NCBI GenBank assembly: GCA_044356725.1
Contig: JBIKVS010000001.1
Location: 2,839-66,838 of the forward strand
From: Minisyncoccia bacterium
GTDB lineage: Bacteria > Patescibacteriota > Minisyncoccia > SW-4-49-11
Reading direction: 5' to 3'
Length of the DNA: 64,000 nucleotides
In this document: positions 56,802 to 64,000 of the stretch, one piece after another
Position numbering within the stretch: position 1 is the stretch's first letter
How the letters are laid out: every line of letters starts with the position of its first letter
Made by a program: the position numbers and the translations under genes
The notes under the pieces: generated by a model
The model's input: the letters and a program-made list of their open reading frames with translations, nothing else
The model's database searches: none
Told to the model about the DNA's origin: nothing

Positions 56802-58016
56802 TTATATTTTATCAAAGGACATTATATTACCATCAATTTCTACTCCGTTTTGGGCAAGAGTTTTAGAGCTAATAATAATTCTTTTATTAATTCCGAGTAA
56901 ATCAGCTTCTGCAAATTTTATCCCCGGTCTTTCATCTCGGTTATCGAATAAAACCTTTCTATTTTCATTTTGTAGTTTTTGATATAATTCTTCGGCTTTT
57001 GTCATCACTTCTACAGAATCTGTATTCAAGGCAATTAGGTGAATATTAAAAGGACTAACTTCCTCGGGCCATATCATTTTGGATTCATTTTCAGCAAAAA
57101 CTTCTACTAAAGTTCCCATTAATCTAGAAATTCCAATTCCATAACATCCCATAATTACCGATCTATTTATACCATTCTCATCAGTAAATTCTAAGTCAAA
57201 AGCTTCAGAGTATTTGGTTTGTAATTTGAATATATTACCAACTTCAATAGCTTGCTTTTGGATTAAATCTGGGTTATTACATTCAGGACAAGTTTTTTGT
57301 TCTTCTATAATCTCTTTATTAATAGCAACGTTACACTTTTCACATACAAAAATAGTATCTTCTCCAATATCAGATATGGTTTGAAATTCATGAGAATATT
57401 TACTAAAAGTACCTCCTGAAGCATAAGTCTTAAGAGTAATCTGACCAATGCCAAGTCTTTGATAAATATTTAGATAAGCTTGAGTGACCAGCTCATAATA
57501 TCTATCTAAATCTTCAGAAGAACTATGAAAAGAATATAAGTCTTTCATAATAAATTCCCTACCTCTTAAAACTCCTGATTTAGCTCTTTTTTCATCTCGA
57601 AATTTAGTTTGAATCTGGTAAGCAGCCAGTGGTAAATCTTGATATGATTGAATTAAGTTTTTAGCAATAGGTGTAATAATTTCCTCATGAGTTGAACCTA
57701 ATGCCAATTCAGTTGAGGTATAATAAGAGGTGAATTTATATAACACATCCAAACTATCCCATCTACCAGTTTTTTCCCAATAAGATTTTGGCTGTAAGGC
57801 AGGTAATAATAGTTCTTGAGCTGATATTTTATTTAATTCTTCTCTCACTATATTTTCAATATTTTTTAATACTCTATAACCCAAAGGTAAATAGGCATAA
57901 ACTCCAGCCATAACCTGCTCAATATAACCTGCTTTGATTAAAATTTTAGCATTAAGTGATTCCTCTGATTTAGAAATATGTTTTCTAGTTTTTGAAATTA
58001 GTTCAGATTGATACAT
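56802..58016 (-). CDS. proS: Prolyl-tRNA synthetase, compact form with a Cys4 insertion.
   Basis: GVYAYLPLGYRVLKNIENIVREE; motif 2 RDEKRAKSGVLRGREFIMKDLYSFH; motif 3 GCYGIGISRL. Confidence 0.8.
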   Translation of the reverse strand: MYQSELISKTRKHISKSEESLNAKILIKAGYIEQVMAGVYAYLPLGYRVLKNIENIVREELNKISAQELLLPALQPKSYWEKTGRWDSLDVLYKFTSYYTSTELALGSTHEEIITPIAKNLIQSYQDLPLAAYQIQTKFRDEKRAKSGVLRGREFIMKDLYSFHSSSEDLDRYYELVTQAYLNIYQRLGIGQITLKTYASGGTFSKYSHEFQTISDIGEDTIFVCEKCNVAINKEIIEEQKTCPECNNPDLIQKQAIEVGNIFKLQTKYSEAFDLEFTDENGINRSVIMGCYGIGISRLMGTLVEVFAENESKMIWPEEVSPFNIHLIALNTDSVEVMTKAEELYQKLQNENRKVLFDNRDERPGIKFAEADLLGINKRIIISSKTLAQNGVEIDGNIMSFDKI

Positions 58017-58024
58017 ATTAGAAT

Positions 58025-58486
58025 TTAATTATTAAGTAATTCAATGATTTTATCTTGAGAAAAATATTTCATGACAATATGCCATACAGGTTTACGATAT
58101 TCATGTAGAAACTTATCAATTTGGTTTTGAGATACCCATAAAAACCCTCCCAATTCTCGGCGATCTACTCTAATTGATTGAGTTCCACCATTGAATTTTA
58201 ATAGAATAATAGTTTGTTCTTGTCCTAAATTTTCATCTCTAATTAATCTTTTAGGAAAATAGAAAGTGTGTTTTTCTGGACATTTATCTAAAATTGTAAA
58301 GTCAGTAGTGTTTAATTCCTCACCCAACTCTCGAATTATAGCTTCTTCATGAGTTTCATTGTCATTGACTCCCCCTTGAGGAAATTGCCAATGTAGCGGA
58401 TCATTTGCTCTTGATACAATTAGTACATTTCCATCTTTATCAAATATTATTGCTAGTACATTTTTCCTTAGTTTACCATAGGACAT
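58025..58486 (-). CDS. NUDIX hydrolase.
   Basis: Nudix box GGVNDNETHEEAIIRELGEELN. Confidence 0.7.
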   Translation of the reverse strand: MSYGKLRKNVLAIIFDKDGNVLIVSRANDPLHWQFPQGGVNDNETHEEAIIRELGEELNTTDFTILDKCPEKHTFYFPKRLIRDENLGQEQTIILLKFNGGTQSIRVDRRELGGFLWVSQNQIDKFLHEYRKPVWHIVMKYFSQDKIIELLNN

Positions 58487-58625
58487 ATATTTTTAAAATT
58501 AGGCTATTATCATAATTATATATATTATAGCCTATATTTAGTATTTTGTACATATAAAATTTTTATTGGACAAAAATTTTAAAATATGATATAATAATAT
58601 TATATTAATATAATATAGTATAAAT

Positions 58626-58865
58626 ATGAGTAAGAAACTATTAGAAAAGCACCCAAGTCACAAAGAGTTTATTTACAAGACTGAGATTATAGCAAGATAT
58701 GCATTAAAAGCTATGGTAATATTAGTAGCTTTTACTTTGGTGCTTTATCAGGTTTTGTTCGCACTTTCATACCTTGGTTTAACAACCTATCAAGAATATA
58801 AGCAGGAGCAGCAACAAAAACAACAGCAAGAAGCTCTAGAGAAACTTCAAGAAGATAAGAAATAA
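58626..58865 (+). CDS. Small membrane protein with a Q/E-rich tail.
   Basis: 79-aa ORF with one TM; an extended -10 element (TGATATAAT) lies upstream. Confidence 0.3.
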   Translation: MSKKLLEKHPSHKEFIYKTEIIARYALKAMVILVAFTLVLYQVLFALSYLGLTTYQEYKQEQQQKQQQEALEKLQEDKK

Positions 58866-58981
58866 TAGAACTTTGTTTTAGTTTGATTACAGTAAAAGCC
58901 GGTAAACCCGGTTTTTATTGTAAATATATTCAATATAGTATAAACTAAATATAGTTTAGGAAATTACATTTTTATTTAAAT

Positions 58982-60043
58982 ATGAACATCATAGAATTTA
59001 AGGCTGAGTTTCAGTCCGTATTAGCTCAAGCTATTGAATCCAAATTTGCAGAATATAGTCAGTATACTGATGATAAAGAGATTTTAGAGATAATAAATTA
59101 TACTAAATCTATAATAGGTGGGGGTAAATGTATCCGTCCTTATATGGCATACACTATGTATGAAACTTTGGGCTGTGAAGATAAAGAGGTTATTATGGAT
59201 TTGTTAGTCTCTTTAGAAGTCTTTCATGCTTTTGCATTGATACATGATGATGTAATTGATGAAGGTAAAATACGTCATAAGGTGGATACTCTACACACTT
59301 TCGTATCAAAAAGAATACAAGATAATCACAGAACTTTTGCCAACAGAGTTCATTATGGACATTCTCAGGCTGTATTGGTAGGGGATTTGATGTTCTCTTG
59401 GTCTATTAGTAGATTTAACCGGTTTAACCATTTGCCATATTATGCCGAAGCCTGGAAGGTCTTTGAGAAGATGATGGATGAAGTAGCTATAGGTCAGATG
59501 ATAGATGTCAATGTAATGACTAGAGATGAGATTAGCTCTCAGTTGATAGAAACTAAAATGCGACTCAAAACAGCAGGATATACCTTCGTACGACCGATGC
59601 AGATAGGAGTTGCACTGGCGGGGAAGGAAAAAGAACTAACACAATTTTGTTTAGATTTTGGGGTAGCTTTGGGGCTTGCTTTTCAAACACAAGATGATAT
59701 TTTAGATATTATTGCTGATCCAAAAACAATCAAAAAATCTATTCTCTCAGATATAAGAGAGCATCAACATACTTTTTTAACCCAATATGTGCTTGAAAAC
59801 GGTACAAAGCAAGATATTTTAGAATTAGAACAATATTGGGGAAAGTCTGAAGTTAGTGATAATGACCAGACTAATATCATCAAGCTTTTTGAAAGAACTG
59901 GAGCTTTATCTTATACTAGATCTAAAGTTACAGAATATTTGAATCAGGCTAAGAAAATAACCTCAGAAGAGATAAATATCACTGATAATACTAGATTAGC
60001 TCTTAATCAATTAATTCAATATATTGAAGATAGAGGGTATTAA
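58982..60043 (+). CDS. Polyprenyl diphosphate synthase (trans-isoprenyl diphosphate synthase).
   Basis: FARM LIHDDVIDEG; SARM FQTQDDILD. Confidence 0.75.
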   Translation: MNIIEFKAEFQSVLAQAIESKFAEYSQYTDDKEILEIINYTKSIIGGGKCIRPYMAYTMYETLGCEDKEVIMDLLVSLEVFHAFALIHDDVIDEGKIRHKVDTLHTFVSKRIQDNHRTFANRVHYGHSQAVLVGDLMFSWSISRFNRFNHLPYYAEAWKVFEKMMDEVAIGQMIDVNVMTRDEISSQLIETKMRLKTAGYTFVRPMQIGVALAGKEKELTQFCLDFGVALGLAFQTQDDILDIIADPKTIKKSILSDIREHQHTFLTQYVLENGTKQDILELEQYWGKSEVSDNDQTNIIKLFERTGALSYTRSKVTEYLNQAKKITSEEINITDNTRLALNQLIQYIEDRGY

Positions 60044-60908
60044 AACTATGGATAAATATACTCAAGCAGTAGAGTCTATAACTAAACAATTTGGGACTAG
60101 CTATTATTTTGCAACCAGATTTTTACCCAGTGATTTGAGGGAGTCAACCTATGCTTTGTATAGCTTTTTTCGTATTCCAGATGAGATTGTGGATAATTCC
60201 ATTCACGAGAAAGAGGATGATATCTTGGCCGAACTAGAAGATTGGGAAAAAATGTGGCATAAAGCTTATAAGGGGGAAACAACAATATATCCAATTTTAA
60301 ATTTAACAACTCAAGTTTTTAGAAAATATAATATACCTTATCAATACAGTCTAGATTTTCTAAAAGCTATGAAACAAGATGTGCATATCACAAGATACAA
60401 TACATATAAAGATTTACAAGATTATATGTATGGTTCCGCCTCCGTTGTTGGCTTAATGATGAGTTATGTTATAGGTTTTAATAATGAAAAAGCTTTAGAT
60501 TATGCTCCATATTTGGGGGAAGCTATGCAATTAACTAATTTTATTCGGGACATAGGAGAAGATTATAAAGAAAGAGGTCGAATTTATTTGCCACAAGAAG
60601 ATATGGATAAGTATAATGTGAAAGAAATAGACATCAAAGATAATCAAGTTAATGATAATTTTATTAAACTAATAAAATTTGAAATTAAAAGAGCAAGAAA
60701 TTTATATAGACAATCTGATAAAGGTATTAAATATCTCAATAAAAGAGGTAGATTTGCCGTCATAATGGCAAGTCGTATGTATGAGGCTATTTTAGATAAA
60801 GTGGAACAAAATAATTATAATGTTTTAACTAAAAGAGCCAGAACTTCTAAAAGAGAAAAAATATATATATTAGGTAAATCAGCTTTGGAATATGGATTTC
60901 AGGGCTAA
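60024..60908 (+). CDS. Phytoene/squalene synthase-family protein (CrtB/CrtM/HpnD-like).
   Basis: YMYGSASVVG and NFIRDIGEDYKERGRIYLP signatures. Confidence 0.7.
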   Translation: MKIEGIKTMDKYTQAVESITKQFGTSYYFATRFLPSDLRESTYALYSFFRIPDEIVDNSIHEKEDDILAELEDWEKMWHKAYKGETTIYPILNLTTQVFRKYNIPYQYSLDFLKAMKQDVHITRYNTYKDLQDYMYGSASVVGLMMSYVIGFNNEKALDYAPYLGEAMQLTNFIRDIGEDYKERGRIYLPQEDMDKYNVKEIDIKDNQVNDNFIKLIKFEIKRARNLYRQSDKGIKYLNKRGRFAVIMASRMYEAILDKVEQNNYNVLTKRARTSKREKIYILGKSALEYGFQG

Positions 60909-60975
60909 AATTATTTGCATTTGAACATAATCAATCTATATGGTATAATTAATTTAATATTAAATAATAAGTAAT

Positions 60976-62049
60976 ATGGCAAAGAATAAATCCAAATCCA
61001 CAGACAAGATTAGTAAGAATGATAAAATACAATCAGTATTAGAAGATATAAAAAGTAAGTTCGGAGATGAGTCAATGATGAAATTGGGGGATGTCAAAAA
61101 GGTTGACATCAAAGCTTACTCGACTGGATCTATTTCTCTTGATAGAGCTCTTGGAATTGGAGGCATGCCACAAGGTAGAATTATAGAGATTTATGGACCT
61201 GAATCTAGTGGTAAAACAACTATTTGTTTACAGGTTATTGCCAATGCACAGAAAGAAGGGGGAGTAGCAGCTTTTATTGATACTGAGCATGCATTAGATC
61301 CAGAATATGCCAAAAAGTTAAAAGTAAATACAGATGACTTGTTGATTTCTCAGCCAAATACTGGAGAAGAGGCCTTGTCTATTGTAGAAGCATTAGTGCA
61401 TTCAGGGAATGTAGACATTATCGTATTAGACTCAGTGGCAGCTATTGTTCCTAAGGCAGAAATTGAGGGGGATATGGGAGATTCTCATGTTGCTATTCAA
61501 GCTAGGTTGATGTCTCAAGCTCTTCGTAAATTAACAGCTATTTCAGCTAAAGCCAATACCACAATTATTTTTACCAATCAGACTCGTATGAAGATTGGAG
61601 CTATGGGATATGGTAGCCCAGTTGAAACTCCAGGAGGAAAAGCTTTGAAATTCTATGCCTCAGTTAGAATAGAGATTAAAAGAGTAGCTCAGATTAAAAA
61701 AGGTGAAGAGGTGATTGGAGCTAGAACTAAAGCTAAAATTGTTAAAAATAAAGTTGCAGCCCCATTCAAGGTCGCTGAGTTTGATATTATGTACAATGAA
61801 GGAGTGTCATTGGAGACAGACTTGATTAATCTAGCTCTAAAAGTCGGAATATTGAAGAAAAAAGGCACCTATATTCAAGATATGGAAGGTAATACTTTAG
61901 GTCAAGGTTTAGAGTCAGCTAGAAAAGCGTTAAGAGATAACTCTGAGCTATTAGATAAATTATATTCTGATGTATTAGCTAAGGAGGATGCCAATATTGA
62001 AGGTACTGATGAAGCTGACAGTATTATTGCTAATTCTATTGAAGAGTAA
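60976..62049 (+). CDS. recA: Recombinase RecA.
   Basis: Walker [10 protein letters not shown]; the full-length RecA core is conserved. Confidence 0.9.
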   Translation: MAKNKSKSTDKISKNDKIQSVLEDIKSKFGDESMMKLGDVKKVDIKAYSTGSISLDRALGIGGMPQGRIIEIYGPESSGKTTICLQVIANAQKEGGVAAFIDTEHALDPEYAKKLKVNTDDLLISQPNTGEEALSIVEALVHSGNVDIIVLDSVAAIVPKAEIEGDMGDSHVAIQARLMSQALRKLTAISAKANTTIIFTNQTRMKIGAMGYGSPVETPGGKALKFYASVRIEIKRVAQIKKGEEVIGARTKAKIVKNKVAAPFKVAEFDIMYNEGVSLETDLINLALKVGILKKKGTYIQDMEGNTLGQGLESARKALRDNSELLDKLYSDVLAKEDANIEGTDEADSIIANSIEE

Positions 62050-62051
62050 AT

Positions 62052-62810
62052 ATGGCTTACACTTTAGTCCTGATGAGACACGGAGAAAGTGTTTGGAATC
62101 AGTTAGATAAATTTACTGGTTGGACTGATGTTGAATTATCTGCTAAAGGTATTCAAGAAGCAAAAACAGCAGGTATAATGTTGTCACAAAATGGTTTTGA
62201 ATTTGATATAGCTTATACATCTATGCTAGATAGAGCTATAGATACTTTGCAATATGCATTAGAAGGAGCTCATATGACATGGATACCTGTTGTAAAAGAT
62301 TGGCATCTAAACGAAAGACATTATGGAGGTTTACAAGGTAAAAATAAAGCTGAATCTGTAGATGAATTTGGAGAATATCAGGTTAAAGTTTGGAGAAGAG
62401 CATTCGCTATTAAACCACCTTTATTGTCAGAATATGATGCTAGATATCCTGCCAATGATGATAGATATGAAGATATTTCAGAAGAAGATTTACCTATTGG
62501 AGAGTCTCTGAAAGATACTTTAGATAGAGTGCATCCATATTGGAAATCAGAATTAAGGCCAGCTATTTTATCTGGTAAAAGATTAATTGTTTCAGCTCAT
62601 GGAAATAGTTTAAGAGCTTTATTAAAGTTTTTAGAAAATATTTCAGACAATAAAATTATTGATATAGAAATACCCACAGGTAACCCTCTAATATATGAAT
62701 TAGAAGAAAATACTTTAAAGGTTTTAAACAAATATTATTTAATAAGAGATAATAATGAAAGTAATAGAAATATATTTAGTAAATTTAAATCTATTTTTAA
62801 ATTAAATTAA
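62052..62810 (+). CDS. gpmA: 2,3-bisphosphoglycerate-dependent phosphoglycerate mutase.
   Basis: LVLMRHGESVWN; SAHGNSLRAL. Confidence 0.85.
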   Translation: MAYTLVLMRHGESVWNQLDKFTGWTDVELSAKGIQEAKTAGIMLSQNGFEFDIAYTSMLDRAIDTLQYALEGAHMTWIPVVKDWHLNERHYGGLQGKNKAESVDEFGEYQVKVWRRAFAIKPPLLSEYDARYPANDDRYEDISEEDLPIGESLKDTLDRVHPYWKSELRPAILSGKRLIVSAHGNSLRALLKFLENISDNKIIDIEIPTGNPLIYELEENTLKVLNKYYLIRDNNESNRNIFSKFKSIFKLN

Positions 62811-62813
62811 AAT

Positions 62814-63491
62814 ATGTCAAAAATTATTTTAGTAAGACATGGAGATAGTCAATGGGACCAAGAAAGTAGGTTTATAGGTTGGACGGATGTCCCTTTACTA
62901 GAAAAAAGAGATACATTAAAAAATATTGGTAATGTATTGCTAAATAATAATACAGATATAGATATTGTAATAACTTCTGTGTTAGAAAGATCAATTGTGA
63001 GTGCTTGGACTATTATGAATAGTATGTATCATTCATGGATAAAAGAAATACATGATTGGAGGTTAAATCCAAGACATTATGGAGTTATACAAGGCTTAAC
63101 TTATCAAGAAACACTTTTAGAATACGCTAATATCAATGACATTAATTTTAGTTGGGACAAAACCGTAAACCCAATCTCTTTAGAAGATAAAAATCATCCT
63201 AGATATGATAGGAGGTATTCTAAAGTATCTCCAGAACACTTACCTTCAGTTGAAAGTCTCAAAGATGTGTATGAGAGAGTAGAGCAGTTTATTATGGAAA
63301 TTTTATTACCAATTTTGAAGCAAGATGAAAATGTTCTATTAGTAGCTCATCATGATAGTATTAGGTCTATATTAAAATATTTTCAAAATTTATCCATTGA
63401 GGATACTATTGCGTTAAATATTAACCCTTCTCAGGCTATAGTATTAGAGTATGATAATAGTACTGGCATATCAAATCAATCTGTACTATAA
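62814..63491 (+). CDS. Divergent histidine-phosphatase (dPGM-like) paralogue.
   Basis: ILVRHGDSQWD; VAHHDSIRS. Confidence 0.55.
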   Translation: MSKIILVRHGDSQWDQESRFIGWTDVPLLEKRDTLKNIGNVLLNNNTDIDIVITSVLERSIVSAWTIMNSMYHSWIKEIHDWRLNPRHYGVIQGLTYQETLLEYANINDINFSWDKTVNPISLEDKNHPRYDRRYSKVSPEHLPSVESLKDVYERVEQFIMEILLPILKQDENVLLVAHHDSIRSILKYFQNLSIEDTIALNINPSQAIVLEYDNSTGISNQSVL

Positions 63492-63539
63492 ATAAAATGT
63501 AAAATTATGCTATAATAGGATAATTAATTTATTAGGTTT

Positions 63540-64000
63540 ATGTATAATCATAGAGTTATTGAGCAAAAATGGATTCAGAAATGGGCTGAAGGATTTGTAG
63601 ATTATAGTGTTGCAGATAGTTCTGATAAAGAATCTAAATATATTCTAGTAGAATTTCCTTTTCCTTCAGGGGCAGGCCTACATGTAGGACATATCAGAAG
63701 TTATGTCGCTCAGGATATAAAGGCAAGAATGTATAGAATGCAGGGAAAACAAGTTTTATATCCCATAGGTTGGGATGCTTTTGGTTTACCAACAGAAAAC
63801 TATGCTATCCAAAATAATATATCCCCAGCTATAGCTACAGCTGAAAATATAAAAAATTTTAAAAAACAATTAGCAGGTTTAGGCTTGTCTTTTGATTGGA
63901 GTCGTGAAATAAACACTACTGATCCTAAATACTATAAATGGACTCAGTGGATTTGGTTGCAAATGTTTAAGGCAGGACTTGCTTATCAAGATACCACTCA
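63540..64000 (+). CDS. leuS: Leucyl-tRNA synthetase, N-terminal fragment running off the window.
   Basis: [17 protein letters not shown] (HIGH region); [10 protein letters not shown]. Confidence 0.85.
   Translation, partial: MYNHRVIEQKWIQKWAEGFVDYSVADSSDKESKYILVEFPFPSGAGLHVGHIRSYVAQDIKARMYRMQGKQVLYPIGWDAFGLPTENYAIQNNISPAIATAENIKNFKKQLAGLGLSFDWSREINTTDPKYYKWTQWIWLQMFKAGLAYQDTT

Noticed and set aside
1-64000. CRISPR arrays, cas genes, rRNA genes
   Set aside because: There are no regularly spaced direct repeats with unique spacers. The GC-rich repeats are hairpin REP-like units at irregular positions. There is no rRNA-like conserved sequence.

Overview
This is an AT-rich bacterial chromosomal segment, roughly 30-35% GC by eye. 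Its gene content looks like a small, reduced genome. My guess is a Patescibacteria/CPR-like organism, which cannot be proven from this window.

Features behind that guess:
- UGA is read as stop.
- A complete V/A-type ATPase operon is present; no F-type ATPase is seen.
- There is a type IV pilus ATPase and a pilin.
- Cell-wall genes of the FemAB, VanW and LCP types are present.
- Several aminoacyl-tRNA synthetases are minimal in size.

Housekeeping blocks flank an accessory/defence region at about 12.3-28.9 kb. The housekeeping genes are an ABC transporter, a COG0523 GTPase, a histidine kinase, a P-type ATPase, a CCA enzyme, tRNA-Thr, cysS, tsaE, pgk, glycosyltransferases, LCP, ctpA, proS, a NUDIX hydrolase, a polyprenyl synthase plus phytoene/squalene synthase pair, recA, two dPGM-like genes and leuS.

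The accessory region holds:
- a Bro-N-like gene;
- a DHH-family pyrophosphatase-like gene;
- a secreted ricin-B-lectin protein with an unknown C-terminal domain, followed by a small membrane protein;
- a T5orf172/DUF4357 protein;
- a higher-GC two-gene membrane/lipoprotein cassette;
- a complete type I R-M operon (hsdR-hsdM-[KilA-N]-hsdS) with a possible PD-ExK gene;
- an unannotated YegP/DUF1508-like mini-ORF;
- an HTH-XRE/Panacea(DUF4065) gene paired with a DUF3800 gene, which looks like an undescribed toxin-antitoxin or defence module.

Elsewhere, an IS200-like RAYT (REP-associated tyrosine transposase) gene carries two in-frame copies of a GC-rich palindromic REP-like element in opposite orientation. 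The same element plus two related GC-rich hairpin families form mosaic clusters at three intergenic sites; one copy is flanked by 12-bp direct repeats.

Other notable points:
- a pilin fused to an FGE-sulfatase-like domain;
- a tandem double GspE/PilB ATPase;
- a perfect 33-bp palindrome upstream of the COG0523 GTPase;
- two islets of elevated GC.

No rRNA and no CRISPR array were found. Family assignments are from memory of conserved motifs and need HMM or BLAST confirmation.
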